A DNA stretch of 63,715 nt, counting the filler, from Octopus bimaculoides (taxonomy: Eukaryota): the NCBI RefSeq assembly GCF_001194135.2. It is 9 parts of 6 records of this genome, joined end to end, with 100 filler letters (N's around TTAATTAATTAA, not from the genome) between each part and the next. Parts side by side here need not be neighbours in the genome. Positions count along the whole stretch, not along the records: positions 33,179 to 48,390 come from NC_068982.1; positions 48,491 to 55,341 come from NC_068997.1; 7 more parts are not named here. One strand, given 5' to 3'. The translations under genes were made by a program, and so were the position numbers. Positions within the stretch are counted from its first letter, which is position 1. Each line of letters begins with the position of its first letter. The notes under the pieces were generated by a model. That model ran no database searches and had not been told where the DNA came from. It saw nothing but the letters and a program-made list of their open reading frames with translations. This document shows positions 37,985 to 50,826 of the stretch, piece after piece.

Positions 37985-38035
<51 letters not shown>

Positions 38036-38065
38036 ACACACACAAGTGTATATATATATATATAT

Positions 38066-38250
38066 GGGAGAATATACAAATAATAACAACAGACGAGGAC
38101 AGGTGGTGTAAATAACAAAAGTATATATTAGTATGACGCTCGGGAATACGAAAAGTCTTTGACGTTTCGAGCTACGCTCTTCAACAGAAAGAATACGGAG
38201 ACAAGGAGAAAAACACGGAGAAAAAAAATTGAATAGTGTTCAGTCAACGG
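38066..38250 (-). mobile_element. 185-bp element inserted in (AT)n carrying a minimal hammerhead
   Basis: (AT)n on both sides; a second partial copy lies at 22973-23080. Confidence 0.65.
38156..38192 (-). ncRNA. Minimal type I hammerhead motif (A6U core change)
   Basis: TCTTT-CTGTTGA-A-GAGC/GTA/GCTC-GAAAC-GTC-AAAGA: 5-bp stem I, 4-bp stem II, loopless palindromic ACGU stem III. Confidence 0.65.
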
Positions 38251-40017
38251 TATATATATATACACACACATATACATACATGCATATATGTGTATGTGTG
38301 TGTGTGCGTGCGCGCATAGATCTCTTTGTGTGTCTATCTCTTTATATTCAAAATAACGAAAGCAGTATATATATTAATATATATTCTTCCTATGTATTCT
38401 TGCTAAGTATAGGGAGAGAGGTCCCAGTGAGTATTAAGTAAAGCAAAGTTAGTTGAATGCTCCTCACTTTTTAACAGCTGGAGATCCTGCAGTTTATTCA
38501 CGGTTATATTCACGCTACTACACTATATGCTTATTAAAAATATTGTATATCATTTTTGTACACACACATACATACATGCATACACACATACATGCATACA
38601 TAGAAACGCGTGCGAGCGCGCACGCAGCAACGCTGAAGAAAATACGTATAAAGTCAATTTTCTCCAGAGTCTATTTCCACAACGAAAGGTTTTCTCGTGT
38701 CCGACTGTACTTAAACATGTTAAATATGACTTTATACGAATAAGCGTTATTTAACGCTGTTTCGTGCGCCTTTTGTCAATTAGTTCGATCTTAACTAAAC
38801 TTTACGTACATCAGCGAATGAGCTGTTTGCTCTTCTGATATAAGATCAATTCGTTCTTTACGGGTTGTGAAAGGCTGATTTGGCATTCGTTGCTGATGAC
38901 GCACAAGAAAGTTGAAACGCATACGTTTCCTGCAATTGAATGGCGTTATTCACAACCCAATGTGTTTTAATACATGTCTAAGAGGAGAATTTTCTCGTGA
39001 GACTGTTTATGCAGCGAAAGTCGACGTTTCTAGTGTACTGAAACGTGTGCCATATGTCATATGATAACATAACACATACCCATACGCAATGGTACCCAAC
39101 ACTGTAACACTAACAATTGTTACCCATTGCTCATACTCTTCACAATCACCGCTCGAAACGAGAACACATAGCACTGATTACAGGGCACATACGTAACACC
39201 AAGAAAATACCACGACACAGCAAAACTAATGTAGTATACAAATATAATTCTACAAAAGACAATGCCACACACACACCACAGGAATACTTAAGTGCAGATG
39301 ATGGTGTAATAGTAATTCGCATACAAGTGTTGAAAACCAAGTGAACAGATTCATTACGTCACCAATACTGTAGGAAAAGTTTGTGAACACCATAACTTCT
39401 TTAACTCTATCCTATCAAACCTCATCCGGTGAGAAGAAATACAATATTGGATTCTTATAAAGATTTGATATCTGAAACTCATGGCTGAGAAGAAATGAGA
39501 TTGTACGATGTCCATCACAGAATTTCTCGCATAAGACTCGCTGTTAATAGAGGCTGGTGTGTACGTAATAAATACCAGAGAAGAGAGATCTAATGCCACA
39601 GTTAATCAAAACCATTTGGTTGTCTAATCTGAAACTTAGTTTTGGAGTTGCTGATTAATATTTTCTTTAGGTCAGTAGGGGGTTATCAATTCGGTACTGC
39701 AGGCTCTCGAAAACTCATTATTTATCAACGGTTTTCTGGCTGTAAATCGGTGAGTTATATTTCTGTGTATCTATTTTTAGCTAGTTCGATTGAGTCGAAG
39801 ATTGAAGTGCACTGGCCACAAACAAAGCCGAGAACGAGATATGAACAACTACTCTCCGGTTACCGCTTCATTAATTTATCGATTAAGTCATCTATGATGT
39901 TTTACAAAGACGTTAGAGAATGAAATTAAGTGAAACCGCTTACAACAACGAACAAGGGATAAGCAACAATCTATTTTTAGTCACACTAGCCTCCTATCTT
40001 TTCTCATTTTACTGCAT

Positions 40018-40106
<89 letters not shown>

Positions 40107-41130
40107 TCTCTCAATGACTTTCTCATATTTGCCTGAAAATTCGAAAGTCACCAAATAATTTGGGTTGTTTGTATATTATCCTATTTCTTCCGTAATAAAT
40201 TTCTCAAACTAACGTGACAATATTTCACAGTTTCTTTTTTCTGCATTATCTATCAAACCTATTCCTTTTAATTGAATCGGGCTACTTATCTCTTTTTTTT
40301 TTCTGGGGACTTTAAATTCAAAAGCTATAAATGAAGTCCTGGACAACTAACAGCGCTTATACAACTGACAGCAAAGCATTTCATCACCATTCGCTGTTCC
40401 CTTAAGAGTGAAAATGGAAGCCAATATTTCATGTTAGATCGTCTGCCTTGACGTATAGTAAATAAGATATGCAGCAAGCAAATATATGTATATAAATGTT
40501 TGTATATGAATGCATATCTTTATGTATGTATGTGTGTGTGTTTGTGTGTGTGGCTGTGTGCGTGCTTGCTTCTGAGTGTTTGTATGCATATTGAAATGTA
40601 TTTTCAGGAAAGGATGCATGTATGACTGCGCATTTACACGTATGAATGCGTGCAATTGGATGCGCGTTTAAATCATCTTGCAAATAACAAATACTACTAA
40701 AACGAAGCCAGTCACATCAATTCAAATAACAAACATCAAAGATGAGTCAGCAGGATCAATGTAAAGAAAAGCCAACATTCGTTAGTAGGTCTTTTTTTGA
40801 TTTTGTTATTTAAAAGCAATTTTGTTTTTTTTTTAGGGGACTGAGTGAAAAACTATCATATCGCGAGAAATGTGTATGCGTACAGTGATATGGGAAGCTG
40901 GAATTTTAATTTCAACCGAAGTAAAAAAAAAAGTCAACTGACTTTCGAGTTTGCTATTTGGTCTTTCTTTCTTTCTTTCTTTCTTTCTCTCTTTCATTCT
41001 TTCTTTCTTTCTTTCTCTTTGGTTTTACTTTTCAATTTTTTTTTTATTAAAAATAATTAACTATCTTTCTAAAGAATGGAATTTTCCGAAAAGATTGAAC
41101 AAAGAAACCAAAAGAAAGAAAGAAAACGAT

Positions 41131-41169
<39 letters not shown>

Positions 41170-41529
41170 AACACACGCACACGAACACACGCACACATAC
41201 ACACACGTACACACACATACACACATACACACATACACATGCACACACGCACACACACGCACATTCCAAATAATCTATTCCGCACAAGAAAGAAACAAAA
41301 AAGAAACAAATAAATTTTGAAGGAGGAACAGTGTTGTGATGCGGGAGGTGGGATGCACAGGGGTGGGATGGAGATGGAGGGAGTAAACGATTTAAAAATG
41401 GTGGAATTACGACTGTCAATGCTGAAAGAAATGAAAGAGTGATTGGGCGGAATTTGGCACGATCGATAGAATCTGCGTAATTTTCATTAAAAAAACTAAA
41501 TAACCAGAAGACAGTGATGGTGGTGATTG

Positions 41530-41662
41530 TGTTGCTGCTGCTGGTGGTGGTGGTGGTGGTGACACTGGCGACGATGGATGTGGTGGTGATGCTGAAGGTA
41601 GTAGATGTAGTGGTAAAGGTGATGATGATGATGATGATGATGATGATAATGGTGGTGGCGAT

Positions 41663-41695
<33 letters not shown>

Positions 41696-42250
41696 GTGGT
41701 GGTGATATGATGATGATGATGATGATGATGGTGGTGATATGATGATGATGATGGTGGTTGTGGTGGTGGTGGTGGTGTTCGTGGTGGTGGTGGTGGTGAC
41801 ATGATGATATTGATGATGAAGACGATGATGATGGTGGTGATATGATGATGGTGACGATGATGGTGATCAAGATGACAATGACGATGGTGATGATGATGGT
41901 GGTGGTGGTAATAATGATGATAATGATGACGATGATGATCATGATGACTATGATGGTTATGAGGATGAGAATGACGATGATAAGGAAGATGATGATGATG
42001 ATGATGATGATAATGGTAATGATGATGATGATAGAGAAGAGGAGGAGGACGACGACGAATACGAGGACGAGGAGGAGTAGCAGAATGATGACGACGATGA
42101 TGATAATGGCATTCCTGGGGTAGAAGTAGTGGTGGCGGCGGTGGCAGCGATGGAGCGGTGGTTGTGATGGTATTGGTGATGGTGAACAGGGTGTTAGTCA
42201 GTGCTAGAAAGAGATGACAGTGGTAGTAGTAATGGTGACGATGGAATTGC
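41530..42250. repeat. Long compound trinucleotide tract (GAT/GGT/GAC)n
   Basis: Low complexity; source of the poly-His/Met/Ile ORFs. Confidence 0.95.
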
Positions 42251-42689
42251 TATGTTGGTAATGGTGTGGGTAGCCGTCTGTCTTTTCAATTTAAGAGACA
42301 TTGAAGAAGAAGGCATTACATAATATCTTGTTTCATTTTCATGGTTGGCAGACGATGTCGGAACTGAGAATGAGATGAAATAAATATCTAGTTTAGAGTC
42401 CGAGAAAAAAAAAAAAAAGGGAGCACGTTAAATACCCTATTAATCTACATAGTTTTGTGCAGCTGTTGATAGATAGACAAAAAGTCATGAAAAAAGGGTA
42501 TGGTTGATAAATGTCATTTCATAAATGCCATACACGGAACTCTCGGCCTTTGAAAGTTCTCAATATATATACTCATGTTTTTTTGAGTATACGCAACTGG
42601 TACTTAATTTATCGACCCCGAGAAGATAAAAGGCAAAGTCGACCTCGGCAGAATTTGAACTCAGAACGTAAAGACTGGTGAAACAACAA

Positions 42690-43905
42690 TATCCCAAACA
42701 ACAATATCCGGCCTGTTATGTTTACATTTGACAGAAGTTTTGATGGGAATATTCCACCAGTATTCCTTGAGTTGGTGTTTATGAATGTATTCCATAACAG
42801 AGGGAATTTCTAAGTTTATTTCAGGACAGTCTTTTTTGCGGATGGCATTGTAAATTATTTTAGCAAGAACATCGTACCGCATAGGGAGGTAGTACCGTGA
42901 CGACATTTTAGGACAGCTGCTGATCACATGCGTGATGTCTTCTACAGAAACATGACATAGCCTGCCCATGCGGTTGCACTTTGGGATTACAAGAGCGTCA
43001 CTGTCTCTTTTGTTCACCAGGTACTTTGTGACAATCTCCTGTTCTTGGATTACAAACGCATAGTCCTCAAAGTTTAATGTGATGTAGTGGTCTTGTGTCC
43101 AAGAGAGCCTGCGCTTCGTGTCTACTGTCTTCTTCATGCTTCCGGGAAACATACCCATACATAGTCTTTTTTTTTTTGTATGCTGAGTGCTTTCTATCCG
43201 GGTCTTCTCTGAGGTAAGAGAGCCCAGCTATTTTGGTGCTATAGGAGATCATCAGGAAGAGAGTGCTTCTTGAGGAGCTCACTGCCAACTCGTACAATGT
43301 TGCTCACTTCACTTTTCAGCACTGCATTTGTATATTTATTTTTGCTACTGTTGTTTAGCAGGTGCTGCCTGAGTGATACCATACTGCATTCGAAGGCCGT
43401 CTGCACTGATCTCAGGCCTCTACCACCTTTAATTCTTCTTAGGTAAAACCTTTCAACATCACTATTTCTGTGGAAGTTCCCAGTTGTTGTCAGGATTTTG
43501 TGGGTTTTGATATCTATGGAGTGGATTTCCTCTACAGACCTGTAGCGTACTCTCGAGTGAAATTCCCCTCTCCCCTTTATTATATATACGTACTTTCGAA
43601 CGTAGCAGGTAACAGCTAGCCTTTGGCTGCTCTTTGGACCCCGTTGTGTTCACTATTCTGATTGGCTGGTACTGGCGCTGAAAATTGGCGTGACAGAGTA
43701 AGAGAAAAATTGCGCCAATGCTAACCAATCATAGTAGTGGACACAACGGGGTCCAAATAGCGGCCAAAGGCTAGATGTTACCAGCAACGTTCGAAAGCAC
43801 GTATATATACTAAAGGGGAGAGAGGAATTTCACTCGAGAGTACGCTACAGACCAAACAAGTAGCCCAAATGTTAGGAACAGCACTGGTATCGCAAATGCA
43901 TTGTG
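42690..43905 (-). mobile_element. R4/Dong-like (RLE-type) non-LTR retrotransposon relic interrupted by a MITE
   Basis: HNAFAIPVL...WSVEEI..IDIKT..FYLRRIKGGRGL (RT thumb), GRLCHVSVEDITHVISSC (CCHC), RYD (RHD motif) and KHNRPDIVVWD (restriction-like endonuclease). Confidence 0.9.
43541..43849. mobile_element. Foldback MITE (309 bp), 125-bp TIRs, TGT...ACA ends, GACC TSD (Ginger-like)
   Basis: Arms at 43541-43665 and 43725-43849; GACC at 43537-43540 and 43850-43853. Removing the element and one TSD restores the host R4 reading frame. Confidence 0.88.
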
Positions 43906-43986
43906 GGTTATTGTTTTGTATGTATGTATGTATATATGTATGAATGTGAGTATATATGTGTATATATATGTATATATATGTATGTA

Positions 43987-44026
<40 letters not shown>

Positions 44027-44555
44027 CATGTATATATGTATATATGCATATGTATATGTGTGTATATATATATATATCTATCTATCTATCTATGTATATA
44101 TGTATATATATNNNNNNNNNNNNNNNNNNNNNNNNNNNNNNNNNNNNNNNNNNNNNNNNNNNNNNNNNNNNNNNNNNNNNNNNNNNNNNNNNNNNNNNNN
44201 NNNNNNNNNNNNNNNNNNNNNNNNNNNNNNNNNNNNNNNNNNNNNNNNNNNNNNNNNNNNNNCAAAAAAGGTGGGTTTTTTGTATGACTGTATAGAGGAA
44301 TGTTTTATTTTTTGCTTAAAAGAGTTCCAACACTGTCTGTTTTTTATGTTTTATTTATATTCCTGCAGAACTAATGTGGGGTATAGAATATGGAATATAC
44401 AATATATAATATAATATACAATATACAATATAAAATAAAATAAAATAAAAATGGATGGCACCATGAAAGAAAGTATTGAATGTAGATGAAATATTGAGTG
44501 TTCAATATAAAGGATCAAATATATAAATATATAAATATAAATATATATATATATA

Positions 44556-44597
44556 GGCGACTCGAGTTTCAGGGCTATTTCCCTTCGTCATGGCCGG
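44556..44597 (-). ncRNA. Minimal type I hammerhead motif (one extra nucleotide in the core)
   Basis: GGC-C(A)TGACGA-AGGG/AAATAG/CCCT-GAAAC-TCGA-GTC-GCC followed directly by (TA)n. Confidence 0.6.
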
Positions 44598-46102
44598 TAT
44601 GACAGACTTACGATCAGAAAATGGAAGAAAAACAACAAAGAGGAGTGTATCTTTGGTGCTAAAATATGTTTATGGTTTTAAGTAAGAAAACATTAAATTG
44701 CTCGGTTTTGTGACTTACTTTTTCAATCAGCTTTTACAAATGAGTCAGTAGTAACTGCCAAGCGCAACACGGCTTCTGATTAGCCGCCATTTTGAACGAA
44801 CCAAGATCAAAGGACGATTCAAATGAAAAGAACAAAAATCGTTTTGGACCTGTTCGAAGCTACACCATTGGTAACACTACTAAATATGAATGTACTCACG
44901 AACACACAAACACATACATTGACAGGAAAGTCAGACCATCATAGTAAATGATTTTCAGTATTTAGCTCAATAACCTGACTTTTAATCATGCTGGAATAGA
45001 ATTTATCTTTCTTTGCTTCGGTATCGATATATTAGATATATTCAGTACCAGTTATGTAGAGGAATGATTACATAGTAGGCTCCGCATAAATCATACATAT
45101 ATTGGTGGTAAATGCTTTATTATAAAGTATGCTGAAATCATGTAAATAAGAGAGCCTCAACTCTTTGCTTGATCTGCTCGTAATAATAGCCATGTTTCTC
45201 TCAAATCGCTCCCTAAAATCTTAGGAAAAGAAAGTGGCACGTTGGCTTATCTTAGATAATCAAAGCTGGATTAAAAAAAAAAAAAAAACGAGATCGTTGT
45301 AGTTGGGATACTTTGACGATACACCCACTCAACTACAAGTGACCTAGTGTTAAACAAAAACAACAACAACAACAATATGAATAATTAAGCACAACCGTGC
45401 AGAAGTTTAATTAACTCCACAATCATTTAAAAAATTTTCTTTCTTATTTTCATAGACTTTCGCATGAAATGTAAACTAAATATTCTATGAATTAATTTAT
45501 TAATCCGCCTTAGGTTTAAGTGATATGGGCATGTCTAAGTCCACATGATCATCCGACTGATGGGTATTAGAATAATAGATTGACAGAATTAATAGCAGCG
45601 TTTGAAAAAGATAGAATACAAATAATGAGATCGGTTGATTGCTTCATTTCTCAGGTAATTTCCGATCTCATTTTGTAATGAATTAATTCCAAGCTTACGA
45701 AGGCACGTAGCATAATAGTTAGGATATTCGACATGATCGTAATGCCGTGGGTTAAATTTCTGGTCCGGCTGGTGCTCTGTGCCCTTGAGCATTTTATGTT
45801 GCTCCAAATAACTCAGCTGAAATACTATCTGAGTATGTGAACACGCTTAGAAAATCAAAAAGCGGTTCAGCTCCCATAACATTCGAAAACATTTTTTCAA
45901 TGCATGCGAATAAATCAACTGCGTTGTTTGTTAGTTGTTAAACCATTGTATACTTCAAAAAGTCCATGACTTTCCGACGTTCGTCACCATTAGTCCTGAC
46001 GTGCCTATGCACTCTTCCTTATTGCTTATGGCTATAGTAGTGTTCTCTTTTCTCTATTTTTGCGTTTTATTCTGCGTGTTGTACTGTGTATGTACTTTTG
46101 GA

Positions 46103-46456
46103 AGTGGAGGCGCAATGGCCCAGTGGTTAGGGCAGCGGACTCGCGGTCGTAGGATTGCGGTTTCGATTCCCAGATCGGGTGTTGTGAGCGAAAACACCTA
46201 TAACTCCACGAGGCTCCAGCAGGGGGTGGTGGCGAACCCTGCTGTACTCTTTCACCACAACTTTCTCTCACTCTATCTTCCTGTTTCTGTTGTACCTGTA
46301 TTTCAAAGGGCCAGCCTTGTCACACTCTGTGTCACGCTGAATCTCCCCCGAGAACTACGTTAAGGGTACACTTGCACGTTAATTTCACGAGCAGGCTGTT
46401 CCGTTGATCGGATCAACTGGAACCCTCGACGTCGTAAGCGACGGAGTGCCAACAAC
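46103..46456 (+). mobile_element. Near full-length tRNA-SINE family A with 11-bp TSD
   Basis: GTACTTTTGGA at 46092-46102 and 46457-46467; A box TGGCCCAGTGG, B box GGTTTCGATTCC; (AAC)n tail. Confidence 0.92.
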
Positions 46457-47367
46457 GTACTTTTGGATATCATTGCTGTCTTTCTTTACATAACATTGCT
46501 GTTTTTAGTCCCCTCTTTTAACATTTTCAACGAATTACAGTGCACTTGAGCTTTGTATACAATACGCTCATTCAGTACGTATGCATGTATATACATACGT
46601 ATCTATATATATGTGTGTGTAAATATCTATCTATCTATCTATCTATCTATCATTTATTGTTCATAAATCTAAAAGTGCATATCGAATACATATTTACAAT
46701 GCATGTAAACAGGCATATTTTAGAATTGCTGGTAACTCCACGTATGCAGGGAGTGCATATGAGAGAAAATGAAAATATAAGAACCAATCTGTCCTTGTTC
46801 GTGTATATTTAGATATTGACTTGTTTTTGATGGATCAAATAAGATCGCATCGTCGAACGGATATTGTGGTAAACGAATTCAACACACATATCAGCTGTCA
46901 TCTCCAAATTATATGGTGTTACACGTGAGGAGAAAATAGATAATGACTTGCATTCCTTTAACAGAAACAAAAGCCATTGTCAATACCACGCATACACATG
47001 TGTACAAACGCGCGCGCACGCACACACGCACACACATACACATACACACGCACGTTCATGCATACACATATACATGTATTTATGTATATATGTAGCAGAG
47101 CTACATCGTCTGCTTTGCAGATCGACTCACATGTTACTATATGTAGCAGAGCTACATATACACACACGTACGTATATATATAGGAGAATCATTGTCAGTG
47201 TGGACAATGGGTGTGTGAGTGTGTGTGTGTGTGTGTGCGTGAATTGTCCATCAGTCAGAAATAGAAGCACATTTAATATCGGTTATTGAGTAGGTATATA
47301 CATGTGTGTATGAGTGTATATGTATAATCTTGGATATGGCGCTCTTTCTGTAAATGATATACGCATG

Positions 47368-47503
47368 CACTAGCGTAGCTAGGTGGTGGGCGGTAGGGGC
47401 AGTCCGCCCCGGGCGGCACTTTTGGGTCTGCTGTAGGCAATATGTGTTTTTTTGTGGGGTCCAGGGGCGGCACCGGGTGGCACACACTCTAGCTACGCCA
47501 GTA
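47368..47503. mobile_element. hAT MITE (136 bp) with perfect 8-bp TSD
   Basis: TIR YACTRGCGTAGCTAG; TACGCATG at 47360-47367 and 47504-47511. Confidence 0.88.
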
Positions 47504-47916
47504 TACGCATGTTCACGCATGCATGTTTCTGTGTATGTATAATAAACTTTGTAATGCAGTTATATTTAGCTGGAAAGCATTATTTTTAATACTGGTCTTC
47601 ATTAACGGACAACAGATAACAGAATCAATAAACCATCTGATTGAATGTTTTGCTGTATATCAATACATACCTTTACTTTCCTAATCCAAATCGCGTTGAA
47701 CTTCACTGAGTGTTTCATCTTCCTCGAGTCAATACAACAAATGCCCGTGAACTCAATCTACTTGACTTGATTCTTAATATGGTATTTAGTATCTGACAAA
47801 ATTTGTATGTCAAAATATTTTTATACACCAACTCGATGCCTTTAGACTCATTTACAACTCAGTCATTCTATGTATCGTGCAAATTTATAGAATATATTGT
47901 CTGTATTCTGTATTTA

Positions 47917-47972
<56 letters not shown>

Positions 47973-47984
47973 TACTCTTTTACT

Positions 47985-48142
47985 TTTTTACTTGTTTCAG
48001 TCATTTGACTGCGGCCATGCTGGAGCACCGCCTTTAGTCGAGCAAATCGACCCCAGGACTTATTCTTTGGAAGCCAAGTACTTATTCTATCGGTGTCTTT
48101 TGCCGAAACGCTAAGTTACGGGGACGTAAACACACCACCATC
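47985..48142 (-). mobile_element. tRNA-SINE family C tail, interrupted by an LTR
   Basis: The family consensus stops abruptly at ...cacaccaccatc. Confidence 0.8.
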
Positions 48143-48390
48143 TGTTATGTTTCCCTCGGACTGACTCGCAGAGATAACATAACGAGTTATACAATTTAAT
48201 TATTACATTTATTGTTCAATTACATACAAAGAACGCACTCACCCAATGTTCGTTATGAATAAACAAAAGTCATGTCCGCCATATATATATCAATGACATT
48301 TTACTACGACAGTCCCACAAGACAACAACAATGAAACAATGAACTCAGACGAACCACATGACACACGGAACGTCAGACGAATTACATAAC
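48143..48390 (-). mobile_element. Probable solo LTR (~250 bp; last base in gap)
   Basis: Termini TGTTATGT...ACATAAC[n]; TATATATA then AATAAA on the minus strand. Confidence 0.65.
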
Positions 48391-48681
48391 NNNNNNNNNN
48401 NNNNNNNNNNNNNNNNNNNNNNNNNNNNNNNNNNTTAATTAATTAANNNNNNNNNNNNNNNNNNNNNNNNNNNNNNNNNNNNNNNNNNNNTTCATATACA
48501 TTGACATACACACACATCCGCACACATAGAGAGAGGGAGAGAGGGAGAGAGAGAGATGCAATCAGAAAAAGGTGAGAGAGAAAGAAAGATGAAAAGAATA
48601 AAAGAAAAAAAATGGCGAGACTGGAGAAACAAAATCCTTCATTAATTACAAAAAAAACACATTGAAAAATTATTCTCTCTT

Positions 48682-48719
<38 letters not shown>

Positions 48720-49324
48720 GCCCATAGAAAGAAAAACAAACAAAGCTAAAAAAAAACTCTTTTTTGTCTTGAAAGACGTAAAGACATTAAGTTCCGGGTG
48801 AAATTTCTTCAAAGAAATCAGGAAACGGTTGTTAGAAGTTATCTTGACATAAAATGTATTAAAGCGAGATGTTGAAAGATAAATAGCAAATCGTTTTTGT
48901 TTTTGTGTCGTTGTGTCTCCCTCAACAGTAATGTCGGCTATATAACGTTTGTCGGTCAAATAACGTGAGTTGTTGCTGCTGTTTTAACTGACCGTTAGCC
49001 TGGGGGTACGACCATGTTCTCTTTTTTTTGTGAGGGGGGGGATGGCATAGGTTATGTAGACATTTAATAGTTGGCTCATTATTTCTCTTCCCCCTCTCTC
49101 TCTCTCTCTCTCGCTCTCTGACACTTTCTCATGACTCTCTCTCTCTCCCTCTCCGCTCCTTCGCTAACACACATATTCCATATCATGCATATAAACACAC
49201 ATATATGTACCCTCTCCCCATAACATGTGCATAAATGCGTACATGCACACATATATATGCCTCAATACGTGTGTGTATATATATACACACAAACACATAT
49301 AGGATAGATAAATAGATAAATAGA

Positions 49325-49358
<34 letters not shown>

Positions 49359-49364
49359 CATATC

Positions 49365-49720
49365 GACTCCAAAAGGCTGAAAGGCAAAGTCGACCACAGC
49401 GGAATTTGAACTCAGAACGGAGCGATGAGCAAAATACCGTTAAGCATTTCGTTCAGCGCGCTAACGATTCTGCCAGCTCGCCGCTTTAACAATTATAATA
49501 AAAATCGTTTCAAATTTTGCCACAAGGGCAGCCATTTTGGGGAAGGGGATGAGTCGATTACATCAACACCAGTGTTTCACTGGTACTTAATTTATCGACC
49601 CCGAAAGGATGAAAAGCAAAGTCGACCTCGGCGGAATTTGAACTCAAAATGTGAAAACGGACGAAATACCGCTAAATATTTCGTCCGACGTGCTAATGAT
49701 TCTGCCAGTTCGCCGCCTTA
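49365..49720 (-). mobile_element. Two tandem SINE family B copies
   Basis: Two cores. Confidence 0.8.
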
Positions 49721-49737
49721 TAATGATAATAATAATA

Positions 49738-50354
49738 GCCCTGATGCAGTACCAGGCAGTGGTCATGCCTTGATGCAGTACCCGGCAGCGATTATGCCTA
49801 GATGCAGTACCAGGCAGTGGCTCCCATGGCTTCTCATTTTAACTGATTGAAAGTGTTATCATGTACATTGTTTGTTTTGTCTTGGTATAAAAGTCGGGCT
49901 ATAGCAAATATTCTGCTCAGTACCACAGATTTGCTTGTCAATTATTTGACCTTAACCAGTTGAACACGTGCCTTCGTGACTGACGATATGTGCATCTCTG
50001 ATCACGAGCAGAAGTAGTGGGGGAGCATCATAGCCATGTGTTGAGAAGAATTCTTTGGGGTTTGAATAAATTCACTTTTGGAAACATGGGTGTTTCGTTC
50101 ATTATCCTTAAGCAAATCTTATTCCGGGATCTTTTGAGTGGGATGGGCTACTCGACCTGAAGAAAATTCTAACTGGGCCCCACTTGCAAGGTCATGCGCT
50201 GTTTATCTTGATATGAGATCACCATGTCGCGCACATACGGTTGTGTTGTATGTCCCTGGTATACCTCTATCAGACGGGTAATCATGACGGGTATATTGCA
50301 CTTCGTATATTTTACCCCATTGTCACTTTGATCGCATGCATTGCTCTCTCACTC
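49738..50354 (+). mobile_element. ~620-bp non-coding repeat bounded by (TAA)n, with a triplicated 29-bp 5' unit
   Basis: TAA tracts on both sides; ccctgatgcagtaccaggcagtgg-like unit x3 at 49739-49821. Family recognition is from memory of octopus repeats. Confidence 0.55.
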
Positions 50355-50446
50355 AAAAATGATAATAATAATAATAGTAATAATAATAATGATGATGATA
50401 ATGATGATAATAATAATAATGATAATAATAATAATAATAATAATAG

Positions 50447-50575
50447 GTACCCTAGGCATAACACCTACATGAACTTCTAACTTGTTGTCTCTTGAGGTCT
50501 CTAAGTGAGACTTGGATCCAACTTGTACAAATGCAAAACAAAAGTCAAACATAAAATAATAATAATAATAATAAT
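50447..50575 (+). mobile_element. Probable 3' UTR remnant of a TAA-associated retroelement
   Basis: Short unique insert between two (TAA)n tracts, ending ...caaacataaaataataataat. Confidence 0.45.
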
Positions 50576-50770
50576 CCTTTCTATTATAGGCACAAAGCCT
50601 GAAATTTATAGCGAGTGGGTAAGTCAATCCCATCGACCCCAGAACTTGACTGGTACTTAATTTATCGACCCTGAAAGGATGAAAGGCAAAGTCACCTCGG
50701 CGGAATTTGAACTCAGAACGTGGAGAGCAGCAATCAGCAGCAATCAGCAGCAACAACATTAATGATGATG

Positions 50771-50826
<56 letters not shown>

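Noticed and set aside
38893-38930. CTGATGA...GAAAC-GCATAC-GTT hammerhead-like string
   Set aside because: Stem III pairs but stems I and II do not; likely chance.
41416-42123. His/Pro/Met/Ile-rich ORFs
   Set aside because: Translations of trinucleotide microsatellites, open in several frames on both strands.
46106-46180. tRNA gene
   Set aside because: A and B boxes are present, but the sequence continues into a SINE body with a TSD and has no acceptor stem closure.
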